Positions 51,476-61,868 are shown, numbered from the stretch's first letter. The stretch is DNA of 64,000 bases from a bacterium (GCA_963674595.2 CAXXFV010000016.1:384001-448000), one strand, 5' to 3'. Numbers and translations are program-made. Notes: a model not told the origin generated them from the sequence alone.

Positions 51476-52163
51476 TAGATTCCATTTCCAGTCGTTCGAC
51501 AAAAGGGATTAATAAATTATTTTCAACAAAATCATGTATGCCTATATCATGTTCCAGATCATGTAATTCAAACAGCATCTGTCTTCTTACCACGGAATCA
51601 TAATCAGTGGGGATATGTTTGATTAACAGATTTTTTAAATCTGTTAACTTGTCTTCAATGTTTGAATGGTGCTTTTTAAATTTTTCAATATTATATTTTT
51701 GTAGTGTTTGGCTTTTAGGGTGTAAAAGTGATTCAACATAGGGGAAAACAATCGCGTCTTCATAATGCATGTGTTCATAAACTTCAGTCGCATAATCGTT
51801 AATAAATTTGTTTATGATCAGCGAATATTTGTCATTTTGGGATTTTTCTGTTTTTTCATCAATCAAGGCTTTTAACCTGGGGATTTTTTCATCGAGGAAA
51901 TAAGTATGTGAGTTTTTTAAAAATTGAAGCACCTGGTCTGCATTTATTTTTTCAATATCAGACGGAGAAATAGAAACGTCTTTTTTACAGCAATACAAAT
52001 TGGCAATTGTCAGAAACAAGTATTCATCAATGTTCTGTTCGCTACACATCTCTTTAAATGTTTTTTCCCCAAAACCCATGGGCACATCAAAACGTTCAAG
52101 TACCATTAAAATTTGTGGGTTTTTAAATACGGTATTAAATATTTTCATGTTTTCAGTTATCAT
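51465..52163 (-). CDS. Hemerythrin-domain (ScdA/Ric-like) protein
   Basis: GFGEKTFKEMC N-domain; H..YEDAIVFP and HDFVENNLLIP metal motifs. Confidence 0.8.
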   Translation of the reverse strand: MITENMKIFNTVFKNPQILMVLERFDVPMGFGEKTFKEMCSEQNIDEYLFLTIANLYCCKKDVSISPSDIEKINADQVLQFLKNSHTYFLDEKIPRLKALIDEKTEKSQNDKYSLIINKFINDYATEVYEHMHYEDAIVFPYVESLLHPKSQTLQKYNIEKFKKHHSNIEDKLTDLKNLLIKHIPTDYDSVVRRQMLFELHDLEHDIGIHDFVENNLLIPFVERLEMESNED

Positions 52164-52325
52164 GACTGGTACCTGTGTTATATCAGATCACTTGATAATA
52201 TTAATTATAATCCAACAAACCAATTCCTTTTTAGTAAATTAAATTCATTCTAGCGATACGATGTGTATTGACTGCTGGTTTTCGTATAATTGAATTACCT
52301 GGTAAACCTTTTTATGGTAATATGG

Positions 52326-52364
52326 TTTGTTCACCGCAGGAAAATATTGCCCACGGTGAACAAA
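52326..52364 (-). terminator. Hairpin downstream of the lipoprotein gene
   Basis: TTTGTTCACCG...CGGTGAACAAA 11-bp stem. Confidence 0.5.
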
Positions 52365-52383
52365 TTTAATAATAAAAATGAAA

Positions 52384-53496
52384 TTATTCAATTTTTATCA
52401 TTCTGACATTGTCAATCCAGACTTTGATCGGAGTCTTGGTATCATGGTTCCAAAATCCAATATATAATTGGTAACTTGAAATATTGGGATCCGTAGTCAA
52501 AGGGGTTGTAAATTCATAAGTATATTGTGTCCAATCCGTTGCAAATTGAGGACCGCTGATGGGTTCTGCTTCAAGTATTGTAATATCTGTATTTGTTGTA
52601 CTAAATGATGTCTTAATTTGATCCGTGGCACATAGAGAATCAATTTTAATATAATAGCTTAACTGATATTGGGAACCCGGATCAATCAGTGTTGTGGAAA
52701 TTTCCTGTCTTAAATAATTGTGTATGCCATTTATTTCAGCATATGCTGAATGTGTACCATTTTGTGCTATAAGGCTGTCTTTTTTAACCGGATCTGGTGA
52801 AGGATCGGTTTCCCAATGCCTTGCAAAATTAGTTGCAGGGTCAATTTTTTCAAAATCACCATTCCAGATAACCTGAAAGTTACTGGTTGTTACGGAAAGA
52901 ACATTACTGCCGCCCAGTCTGCCGAATTCATTCATCGCATAAACCCGGAAATGATAGGTCTGTAAGGGTTCTAATCCTGTAACTTCAAGCACCGTATCGG
53001 AAATAGCTGTGCAAACATCCACCAGTTCTCCTGTTGATTCATTCACATCAGCAGAATTATGACGATAGATTTTATATTCCCGAAAATCAGCCGCATCTGT
53101 GGACGACCATTTTAGTTCAATAGATTTATCAGTCACATTTTGTGGTTCATGTAATTGTATGGCTTTTGGCAGGTTCAATTTGTTAATTTTTACATCGTAA
53201 CTGACCTGGATGGATTTCGTTTGTTCAATAATATTTCCCTCTTCCAATGTGATGGAAGCAGATATAATTTGTTTACCTTCAGGCACATTGGTGATTATAA
53301 AATAACCCTCTTCATTGGTTTGTGTTGACAAATTTTGATTCTGATTGATGATGACCTGTGCCGCTGATACGGGTGAATTGTTGTGGTAAATATGGCCGCT
53401 GACCTGGAAACCGTTTTTAGACTCAACGCTGTTGTCCGAGCAGTTTGACAACATAAAAAGTGGAATGAAAAGCAGATAGTAAAAGAATTTTTTCAT
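52384..53496 (-). CDS. Lipoprotein with carboxypeptidase-regulatory-like, FN3 and CBM4/9-like domains
   Basis: Lipobox-like LSNC; TNEEGYFII; LEPLQTYHFRVYA; WNGDFE...VWIDNV. Confidence 0.78.
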   Translation of the reverse strand: MKKFFYYLLFIPLFMLSNCSDNSVESKNGFQVSGHIYHNNSPVSAAQVIINQNQNLSTQTNEEGYFIITNVPEGKQIISASITLEEGNIIEQTKSIQVSYDVKINKLNLPKAIQLHEPQNVTDKSIELKWSSTDAADFREYKIYRHNSADVNESTGELVDVCTAISDTVLEVTGLEPLQTYHFRVYAMNEFGRLGGSNVLSVTTSNFQVIWNGDFEKIDPATNFARHWETDPSPDPVKKDSLIAQNGTHSAYAEINGIHNYLRQEISTTLIDPGSQYQLSYYIKIDSLCATDQIKTSFSTTNTDITILEAEPISGPQFATDWTQYTYEFTTPLTTDPNISSYQLYIGFWNHDTKTPIKVWIDNVRMIKIE

Positions 53497-53787
53497 GACA
53501 AACCTCTCTTATTAAGTGAAAATTTGCCTTATTTGAGAAATCCAGGGGAGATGAGTGGCTTTGGATTTTATTGGATAAGGGCAGTTGTGCCCACCCCACA
53601 GAACATACCCCACCTGTTCCAATAATTTGGAGGATGCGAAAAAATTATTTTGAGCTTAAAAAAGCGCAACCATTCCTCGTGCAAGAATGAAACCCGAAAT
53701 TTAAATATGGAAAAATCAGTATAGGTATATTAAATCGGCTGATTGAAAACCTGATCGCTGTTTATAATAAACCTAACCGTTAAAAGA

Positions 53788-53816
53788 ATAGTACAAAATT
53801 TTGACTTTTAGTGCAA
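53788..53816 (-). promoter_or_regulatory. Sigma70-like promoter giving a ~290-nt leader
   Basis: TTGCAC-N17-TACTAT on the minus strand. Confidence 0.55.
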
Positions 53817-53833
53817 GGTTTATCTATCCGTCA

Positions 53834-53867
53834 AAACAGGGGCAGATAAAATTCTCTGCCCCTGTTT
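53834..53867. terminator. Intrinsic terminator
   Basis: AAACAGGGGCAGA...TCTGCCCCTGTTT, downstream of the BlaR1-like gene. Confidence 0.82.
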
Positions 53868-53899
53868 AATAAATCGTATTCCTGGAAAGAATAAGTGTG

Positions 53900-55616
53900 T
53901 TACATTTCAGCTATCGCCTCACTTGAAAAAGTTACATTGTACCAATACTTAATTGCACGACCGTCTTTACGAACAATGTTCCAGGACATTTGTTTGATGA
54001 TGTTGGTAACTTTCAACATTTTCTGCTGTTGTTTCACCAACAGGTTCAATTTCTATAATTTGTCCGTTTTCGTCAATCCGGCAATTCAGTGCGCTGTATC
54101 GTTTTACTTGCACCATTTCACCATTTTTAAGCATCCCAAGTTTTTCCATCAGGGCGTTTCGTCCGTCGGCTGGTCCGGCTGCACCTTCGTAATTTGATTT
54201 TGGTTTATATTTCGGACCTTCTTCCAGTTTAAAAACAACGGGCAGGGCAACCCAAACCTCTACCGGATTTTTATCTCGCTGTGCCGTCTCCCAATCAATG
54301 GATTTAACAGCCGTAATGGCCGCTTCGGTGCAGGCATCAGCCGCTTCCTGGTTTATTCCCGGTGTGGGGATGATTTTTCTCAAAGAAGGATGAGCTTCAA
54401 TGTCACTTTCCGACCCGAGCGTTTTAACAGTTTTAACCTCTTTAACCTTGCCTTCTTTACTGATTAAAACATTCAGGAATATCTTGCCCTGATAACCTTC
54501 TTTTTTTGCTATTTCAGGATAAACAAGGTTATTTTGAATTTTTGAAAAACCACCAATGGGTTTCGGCGGTACATCATACGCTACAAATTCTACATCTCCG
54601 TCAGATGCTGTCTTTTGTTGCGGATTTGTAATGGCATCTGTCTCTGTTTTCTGTGTGCAATACCAGGAAAGTGAAAAAATTAAAATTCCCAACAAGGCAG
54701 CAATGGATACCATTTTTCTTTTTTGTGTCACAATTTTCTCCTTTAACAAATAGTTCACACGTTGTGTTAATTTATTTTTCTGCCTGATCAGGGCAGTCGC
54801 CGAATTATAAGCCCAACAGGGTTGGACCATCTTTTCGGCCATGTGAACCAGGTACCTGGAGTATTCTGTCGGCGATAAATTCGCCTGTTTTATGGCTGTG
54901 TCGTCACACGCCATTTCTCTATATTCATTCACCCGTTCGTTTAACAGCCAAACCAGGGGATTAAAAAAATAGACAGCCTGCGCAAGGATTTGTAACAGTT
55001 CAAAGACCCCGTCCCTGCGTTTTATATGTGCCAGTTCATGATTGATAAGGACCTGCTGACATTGCTGCGGTAATACCTTGAAGAAGGATGGAAGGAAAAC
55101 GTTCTTTGGAGCAAGTCCGATGCTCAGTGGTGTGCTGATATAATTGGATTGTAGTAGTTTCAAGTGTGCTTTTTGTTGAACATTTTCGTGGACCGGTTTT
55201 GCCGTGGAAAGCTTTAGATAAAGCATAAATGTTGAACCCAGAGCAAGAATGAGGTATAACAGGGCAAAAACAGTCCAGGCGATAAAAAGAACGCCGAATA
55301 TATCGAGTGTGTGAGGCAATGTTTTTGCCGCCATTCCAGCCGTTCCGGTAACAGCGTTCGTTGATTGAGGTGCTAGGGAAGACAGTGTTAACGGCTGCAT
55401 TGGATTTACTAATCCGCTGCTGTAAAATGGTAGAAAAGGCGGCAGTAAAAGTTTTATAATACCGGTTACACTGACGATATATTTGATCTGGGCGCTGTTG
55501 TTTTTTAAAAGCGCCAGAATTACAAATATAATGGCCAGAAATATGGTGTTTTGTATAATCATCAGACCGAAAAAATCAGCCCAGTAGGCACTGATTTGGT
55601 TCAAATATTCAATCAT
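53900..55616 (-). CDS. BlaR1/M56 peptidase fused to TonB C-terminal domain(s); likely frameshift near 54012
   Basis: HELAH zinc motif, REMACD and YPEIAKKEGYQG. The alternative frame gives a TonB-like end (MSWNIVRKDGRAIKYWYNV) stopping at 53900. Confidence 0.85.
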
Positions 55617-55701
55617 AACAAGCCCCGTTTCTTGTTAAAAAATGGCTTTTGGCAGGTTATAAAAAGACCTGCCTGTTAACCGGAAACACGAAATGTTTTC
55701 G

Positions 55702-56103
55702 TTACTTTTCGGTTTTATTTTTCAACTCATTTTCTTTTTCATCTAAAAGACGTTTGATCTCGGAAATTTCCTTTAATGACAAATCCTGTGAATCGATTAA
55801 AAAGTTTGCCAAAGCCGGGACTGAGCCTTGAAAAATTCTGGAAACCAGATTGTTCGTTTCTGCCTGGACCATTTCGTCTCTGGATTTTGTCGGTGTGTAA
55901 AAATTGACCAGACCGATTTTTTTACTGGTTAAAAATCCCTTTTTCTCCAGGGTTTTAACAATGGTTTGTACCGTTGTGTATGCTTTTTCTCCGTTGGGAA
56001 AGGCGTGGTCAACCACATCTCTTACGGACGGGCTTTTGCCGATTTTCCAGATTGCGTCCATAATCTCCCATTCAACCGGGGTTAGTTTATTTTTCGAAGG
56101 CAT
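55702..56103 (-). CDS. blaI: BlaI/MecI/CopY-family repressor
   Basis: LTPVEWEIMDAIW...AYTTVQTIVKTLEKKG...FQGS; adjacent to the M56 gene. Confidence 0.9.
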   Translation of the reverse strand: MPSKNKLTPVEWEIMDAIWKIGKSPSVRDVVDHAFPNGEKAYTTVQTIVKTLEKKGFLTSKKIGLVNFYTPTKSRDEMVQAETNNLVSRIFQGSVPALANFLIDSQDLSLKEISEIKRLLDEKENELKNKTEK

Positions 56104-56125
56104 ATTAATTCCTTTATATGTTGTC

Positions 56126-56170
56126 TACTATAACTATAGTAATGGTACTAAATTTCAAGTAATATGTCAA
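56126..56170 (-). promoter_or_regulatory. blaI promoter with a palindromic operator
   Basis: TTGACA-N17-TACCAT immediately followed by TACTATA-NN-TATAGTA (56126-56141), similar to TACA-NN-TGTA BlaI/CopY boxes. Confidence 0.75.
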
Positions 56171-56234
56171 GTGTTTTTTTGAAAAGACGAGAGATTTTTT
56201 TATGCACTGAATTTTGCTTATTTCCCCGGGCGAT

Positions 56235-57389
56235 TTAAATACTTCCTGGTAGTTTAGAACCTCGTAAACCAGCAACATGATCCAACATTGTCAGCACATT
56301 CTCAAAGGGAACATCACTTTGGATATAGTGACTCGGGGCCGGTATATATGCTCCGTTGTTGCTAAATGCTTCGACGAGGCTGTCAATTTGACGACGGATA
56401 TCATCTGCTGTACCGTTAATCATTGTATTCTGTGTATCAATACCGCCGTGAAAACACAATTCCCGGCCAAATTCTTTTACAAGTGTAGTCGGGTCCATTC
56501 CGACGGCATTTGTTTGTATTGGGTCCAGAATGTCCGCTCCAATTTCAATAAATTCCGGTATAAAATCATAAACCGCACCGCATGAATGCATCATCACCTT
56601 GACGTTGAAGCGATGCGCAACGTCAAATATTCTTTTATGATAAGGTTTATAAAATTTACGGTATAATTCCAAGCTGATAAGCGGTCCCTGTTGCGTACCA
56701 AAATCATCCAGCAGGCAGATAATATCAATACCGCCATTTGCCGCGTTTAGAACACGTTCAAGAAACTCGACATAAAACCGGGTCAATTTTTCGAAACACG
56801 CTGTAATAAAAGCCGGATTGAGCATCATATCGGTTAACAGCCGCTCGAACCCAATTAAATTGGCCACATGCCCCAGTCCTCCGACGTGGAATATTTTTGC
56901 ATATTGACACACATTTGTGCACTGTTGAGAGAGTGAACGATAATCAAACCAGTCTGCATCAGGCCAGTTGTACTTTTCAACGTCGGCAATGCTGTCGGCG
57001 TTAGCAAGCGGTGCCCTGACCACTTCATCGGTCCTGCCGTTGGCCCCTGCTACCCAGTGACGTTTATAACCATAAATAGTGTCCCACGAATTGTCAGGAT
57101 AGCAATCCGGGTAAAGAATTTTTGCTTGACCACCGATATATTCCGGATAAATCCCATAGCGACAGTTGTTAAAACATCCATACATATCCACAGGAAGAAT
57201 TTCCAGTAATTCAAATAGAGTGTCGACATTGAAATGCTTTTGCAAACAAAAGAGCACATCGTCTGTTGCTTTTAAAGCAAAGGGTATTATATCCGGTTGA
57301 TGATGGTTTACAGCAGACAATATTCTCTCTTTACGCGTCATCACTCTGACTCCTGTTGGCATTAGTAATCTATATGCTCTATATAGCAT
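56235..57389 (-). CDS. Uroporphyrinogen decarboxylase / MtaA-CmuA-like family protein (start probably 57341)
   Basis: MTRKERI, DDFGTQQG, HSCG and FHGGIDTQ. Confidence 0.85.
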   Translation of the reverse strand: MLYRAYRLLMPTGVRVMTRKERILSAVNHHQPDIIPFALKATDDVLFCLQKHFNVDTLFELLEILPVDMYGCFNNCRYGIYPEYIGGQAKILYPDCYPDNSWDTIYGYKRHWVAGANGRTDEVVRAPLANADSIADVEKYNWPDADWFDYRSLSQQCTNVCQYAKIFHVGGLGHVANLIGFERLLTDMMLNPAFITACFEKLTRFYVEFLERVLNAANGGIDIICLLDDFGTQQGPLISLELYRKFYKPYHKRIFDVAHRFNVKVMMHSCGAVYDFIPEFIEIGADILDPIQTNAVGMDPTTLVKEFGRELCFHGGIDTQNTMINGTADDIRRQIDSLVEAFSNNGAYIPAPSHYIQSDVPFENVLTMLDHVAGLRGSKLPGSI

Positions 57390-57655
57390 ATTATCGTATT
57401 CGATGAAAAATAAACATCCGTGCCTTTGAATTCAAGTGTTTAATTTATAATTATTGGTTTTTGATCATCCAGAGATTCACGTTGTTAATTTAATTAATTT
57501 TTATTTCTGTCGGTTGTATAACATATTTTATTAATAATGGAAATATAAAAAAAATAATATGGTTTTAGTATATAGAACCACAAGGGTGAATTTATATTCA
57601 TTTTTATTAAATGTGAGTATTTTTAAAGAGAAAGACTAAAATAGCGGAGGGCGTT

Positions 57656-58537
57656 ATGAAGGTTTTTTACTTTATTCTCATCCTGGTGTTACCCGTATAT
57701 GTTTATCCTTTTACAGGCATGGAGGTGTCGGAAGTCGATGGATTAAACATTATCGGCTCCAAGGGGCGAATGGATGGTGTTAAAAATGGGATGGTTTGCC
57801 ACATTTTTAACAAAAGAGTTTATCATCATATTTTGGTCGCAGAGGCTAAGGTTACTGCCGTATTCTCTTATCAATGTAAATTAAAAATTAGTAAACTCCA
57901 TACGGTTTACGATGTGAATGTTGGGGATTTTATCAATGAAAAGTTTTACTCTGCAGAAGAGGAACAATATCTGTCTGGACCGCAGGACCGCAAACAGACC
58001 AATCGTGATCATGAATATAATAAAAACCCGGTGTATAACTATCGTCACATTGCCATTGGCTATGTTGGAAATCTTCCCAATGCTCCTATCGGAGTTTATT
58101 TTGCATTAATTCCGTTAAAAAAGGCTGGTGTTTTTCTGGAGATCAAATCAAATGGACAATTTATATCTGAAGAGGACCCTGATTTTTATAGTGATATAAG
58201 TGACAGGCAGGCAAGTTATGTTTGGGGAGACCGGAAAATTGACGGAAGGGAATCGAAGGACGTTTTAAATTTTGGAATAACCTATGGATTGGATATAAAT
58301 ATAGCAGTATATGCCGGGCTTGGATTTACCTTTAACAGCAAATTCCAGCAATATCAAGATCCGACAGGCTCTCTTGGCACATACGGAAATTATTGGGTCC
58401 TTAAAGAAGAAAAATCTACCCTGACTAATATTTGCGCCGGAATCATTTTATTAGGAGACGGAATTGCCATCCCAATTGGGTTTGATTCCAAAATAGCCGG
58501 TATAAGCGTGGGAGTTTGTTTTAAATTTAATGAATAA
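57656..58537 (+). CDS. Hypothetical exported protein with a probable C-terminal beta-barrel
   Basis: GGAGG RBS, signal peptide and amphipathic C-terminal strands. Confidence 0.6.
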   Translation: MKVFYFILILVLPVYVYPFTGMEVSEVDGLNIIGSKGRMDGVKNGMVCHIFNKRVYHHILVAEAKVTAVFSYQCKLKISKLHTVYDVNVGDFINEKFYSAEEEQYLSGPQDRKQTNRDHEYNKNPVYNYRHIAIGYVGNLPNAPIGVYFALIPLKKAGVFLEIKSNGQFISEEDPDFYSDISDRQASYVWGDRKIDGRESKDVLNFGITYGLDINIAVYAGLGFTFNSKFQQYQDPTGSLGTYGNYWVLKEEKSTLTNICAGIILLGDGIAIPIGFDSKIAGISVGVCFKFNE

Positions 58538-58571
58538 AAAAAGCTCTGCACACAATGGATCTTTTTAAAAA

Positions 58572-58603
58572 TTGCCGGATTCAGATATCTATGAATCCGG
58601 CAA
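58572..58603. terminator. Hairpin between convergent genes
   Basis: TTGCCGGATTCA-gatatcta-TGAATCCGGCAA. Confidence 0.7.
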
Positions 58604-58650
58604 ATGAGGTTTGTAATAGACAATAAATATTTCGGATTCCTGATTTAGGA

Positions 58651-59280
58651 TTATAAATCAGTTGCCAAATAAAATCCCGCGTTTACTGAAAAATAGTTGG
58701 TTTCTTTTGCCAAATTAGACATAATATTATACATAGGATAAAGAGTGATTTTAGTGTTTCCGTGACCTTTTGTTATTATTCCGGCCCCCAAATTAATACC
58801 GAAATTATTTTCTGTGCCACTACTCCCGGAAATGGGTATTAAATCTATATTACTTGTTGTACTCGCTTTTACATCAATATCTATTATATAATATCCAAAA
58901 TTTATTTGTCCAAAAAATTGTGTTTTTTGGTTTTTATTGGCGGATGAAATAAATCTAATACTTGGTGTTATTTCTATCAGAGCTGCTGAACTGGAGATAT
59001 TGGTTACAAGTCCATAATAATCAATATATTTCCCTTCCAGTACGCTTTGATCAGGACTCCAATGGTTATACACTACACGCCAGCCTGTATACATATTGTC
59101 TGAACCTTTATAAAATACTTCACCGGCTATATTAAATCCCGTATTCCAAATTTTACCGAATGCACCTACAGGTTCTGAAATACCACCACTTAATCCAAAT
59201 AAATATTGCGATTGAGCGTTTACCAAATTTATACTTGATAATAGTGTTATAAACAAAACAAATATTGTTTTGTTGTTCAT
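58651..59280 (-). CDS. Small outer-membrane beta-barrel protein
   Basis: Signal peptide (VNA-Q); amphipathic strands (FGINLGAG, YFSVNAGFY). Confidence 0.7.
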   Translation of the reverse strand: MNNKTIFVLFITLLSSINLVNAQSQYLFGLSGGISEPVGAFGKIWNTGFNIAGEVFYKGSDNMYTGWRVVYNHWSPDQSVLEGKYIDYYGLVTNISSSAALIEITPSIRFISSANKNQKTQFFGQINFGYYIIDIDVKASTTSNIDLIPISGSSGTENNFGINLGAGIITKGHGNTKITLYPMYNIMSNLAKETNYFSVNAGFYLATDL

Positions 59281-59411
59281 GGTGCTTTTCCTTTCCGTTG
59301 TCGTACCCGTGTAAATTGTCGAATTTGAGATTTTTACCTTTTGATTTTTTGAGTGTTTAAAATTCCTTCATTCGCCGGCCTTTTAACTCATAAAAATTGC
59401 TAATAACCAGA

Positions 59412-60119
59412 TTAAAAATAAATGGACAAACCAAATTTTACTAAAGCCGGACTAAAATCAATGGTTGTGGTTTTTTCATCTATATCCTCCGTGGTCACAA
59501 ACTTGTTATTTTCACCTCGGCGTATTTCTGTTATATCCTCAGTTTTTGATCGATTATACATAAGATTAGAACCATACTCTGCAAGTAAACCCAGGTTATT
59601 ACGAATAAAGTATTCAACGCCTATAACACCGGATATTCCCATTCCCCAGCTTGTCGTTTTTACGCTGGTTCGGCTGCTGGTTCCGAACGTGTTTTTTTCG
59701 TTATCATAATTAAATTGAACAGCAGGTCCGAATCCAAAAAAGGGAGTGACTTTGTTTCTGTTTTTATAATTTTTAATATACTGTGTTGTTAATAGAAAAT
59801 GAAAATTGTTTTCCGACTTGTCTTCATTGTCTAATACCGGACATGTCATATCATAATCTTTAAATGTAGTATTTAGCGAAAGGCCCATTCGAAAAGATCT
59901 GTTATTTGATAAACATTTGTTTAATGAAATTGTGCTGCCCTGAAAGGATGTCAGAGAAAAATTGTCATTTATTTGAAATTGTAAAGCCCAGTTCGGCTTT
60001 TGTGCATCTGTAGCTGCATCTGAACGCTCCTGTGAAAAAGCGGATGCAAGTATGAGGCTGTTAATTCCAAATGCAACGAACACTAGTTTCAAGACATTTT
60101 GCAGACGGGATGTTTTCAT
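59412..60119 (-). CDS. Outer-membrane beta-barrel protein
   Basis: Signal peptide; GVEYF; C-terminal FGLSIYF BAM-type signature. Confidence 0.75.
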   Translation of the reverse strand: MKTSRLQNVLKLVFVAFGINSLILASAFSQERSDAATDAQKPNWALQFQINDNFSLTSFQGSTISLNKCLSNNRSFRMGLSLNTTFKDYDMTCPVLDNEDKSENNFHFLLTTQYIKNYKNRNKVTPFFGFGPAVQFNYDNEKNTFGTSSRTSVKTTSWGMGISGVIGVEYFIRNNLGLLAEYGSNLMYNRSKTEDITEIRRGENNKFVTTEDIDEKTTTIDFSPALVKFGLSIYF

Positions 60120-60545
60120 TTTTATCCTCCCTGGATGTTATGAAGTTGATTATTTATTTGTGCTGATATTGTTTTAACAATCTGATTACCCAGATGTTCC
60201 AATCGCTGGGTGTAAAATAAAACAGTGGTTCTTTCCAAATTCGCTTTAGGATAAGCACCTCTTGTTATGATTTATATATTTATCAATCAGAAGCCGGAAT
60301 GTCTGGGTGATTAAATTTTACAATAAAATTATCTAATCGGAATATCTATAAAAAAGTATAATCTACCCACCCAACAATATTAAGAGCAAACCAACAGGAA
60401 TATGATTTTGTATTCGATACAATCTCTTCCTCGTGCTGAATAGTGGTCCCGAAAATTTTTATGGAAAAACAGGATAAAGGTCCTTGCACAGGGTCACCGA
60501 CATGTCCCCGGAAATCCCTGTACAATTATTCTATCCGATGAAATG

Positions 60546-60574
60546 ATTATACAAATAATCTGAAAATCCCGCAA
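60546..60574 (-). promoter_or_regulatory. Sigma70-like promoter giving a ~420-nt leader
   Basis: TTGCGG-N17-TATAAT on the minus strand. Confidence 0.55.
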
Positions 60575-60647
60575 GCCATTTTTGCAGCAAATTAAAAGTT
60601 TTTCTCCCCGGTTGGGATTTTCAGATATTTTAATTGAAATACTTGGT

Positions 60648-61838
60648 TTACAACATTTCTTTTAACGCCGAAGCAATAATTTCCACACCGTGGCTTATTT
60701 TATCTTCCGGAGTGTGTGAAAAAGCAAGACGAAAACAGTTATTCTTTTTATCATGCGGATCAAAGGCGCGACCGATAACAAAAACCGCTCCTTTATCAAG
60801 GGTCTTTTTTAACAGGTCGGTTGCGTCGATATGGTCCGGCATGTTCACCCAGATATAAAATCCGCCCTGAGGGGTGGTCCATGTAATTCCTTCGGGCATG
60901 TTGGCGGCGAGACTGTGGAGCATAATTTGTGCCCGGCGGACATAGGCTTTTCTCAGTTTTTTTAAATAGCCTTCGAGTTTGTTTTGGACCAGAAATTCGT
61001 TGGCCAGAATTTGCGGCAAAGTGGAGGAACAGGCATCCAGAGATTGTTTGGCCAGTTCACATTTTTCGTAAATTTCCGGCGGCGCCAGTAACCAACCCAA
61101 ACGCAATCCGGGACCGATCATTTTGGAAAATGAACCGGCATAACATACCGGAAAAGATTCTTTTGCCAGGATTTTTATGGGTACGGTCAGTTCTTTTGCA
61201 TGTTCGTTAAAATACAATTCACCATAGGGATCGTCTTCAAGCAGGACAATATTATGGTGCTGTAAAAAATCAATGATGGCCTGTTTACGGTCATGGCTGT
61301 AGATAATTCCGGCCGGATTATGAAAATAGGGGGTTATGTAAACCATTTTCGGCAGGGTCGGCAAACCGGCAAATGCTTTTTCCAATTCTGATATCTTCAT
61401 GCCATCGTCATCAAGCGGGATACAAACCGGCTGGGCCTGATAGGATTTAAACGCCGCAATCGCACCGATAAAGCACGGGTCCTCGGTAATTATAGTATCT
61501 CCCGGATCGATAAATAATTTAGAGATTATATTGAGTGCCTGTTGGCAGCCGGTGGTAATAATCAGTCCATTTTCATCAACCGGCAGTCCTTTTTGCCGTA
61601 AATAATCCTTAAGCGAATCCAGCAGAGGCGGATAACCTCCAGTTGGTCCGTATTGAAACCCGGCCTGTTTAACGGCTTTTGGCAGATTGTTATAAATTTC
61701 GTCGATTTCATCAATCGGGAACAAGTCGTTATTCGGCATACCTCCGGCAAATGAAATGATGTCCGGATTTGCTGCAAATTTCATTAAGTTGCGAATTTCT
61801 GAGGATCGCATATTTTGAGCGCTTGATGAGAATTTCAT
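60648..61838 (-). CDS. PLP-dependent class I/II aminotransferase (2-aminoadipate transaminase-like)
   Basis: ISFAGGMP, FHNPAG, EDDPYGEL and GSFSKMIGPGLRLGW. Confidence 0.92.
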   Translation of the reverse strand: MKFSSSAQNMRSSEIRNLMKFAANPDIISFAGGMPNNDLFPIDEIDEIYNNLPKAVKQAGFQYGPTGGYPPLLDSLKDYLRQKGLPVDENGLIITTGCQQALNIISKLFIDPGDTIITEDPCFIGAIAAFKSYQAQPVCIPLDDDGMKISELEKAFAGLPTLPKMVYITPYFHNPAGIIYSHDRKQAIIDFLQHHNIVLLEDDPYGELYFNEHAKELTVPIKILAKESFPVCYAGSFSKMIGPGLRLGWLLAPPEIYEKCELAKQSLDACSSTLPQILANEFLVQNKLEGYLKKLRKAYVRRAQIMLHSLAANMPEGITWTTPQGGFYIWVNMPDHIDATDLLKKTLDKGAVFVIGRAFDPHDKKNNCFRLAFSHTPEDKISHGVEIIASALKEML

Positions 61839-61868
61839 ATCTTTATTCCTTATTTGCGATTTTAAAGA

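Noticed and set aside
53671-53690. TTCCTCG as an HDV-ribozyme L3 loop
   Set aside because: The flanking P3 pairing is not kept in the second copy at 60427.
52384-60119. Integron-like cassette array of envelope genes
   Set aside because: No integrase, mixed orientations and no convincing attC sites.
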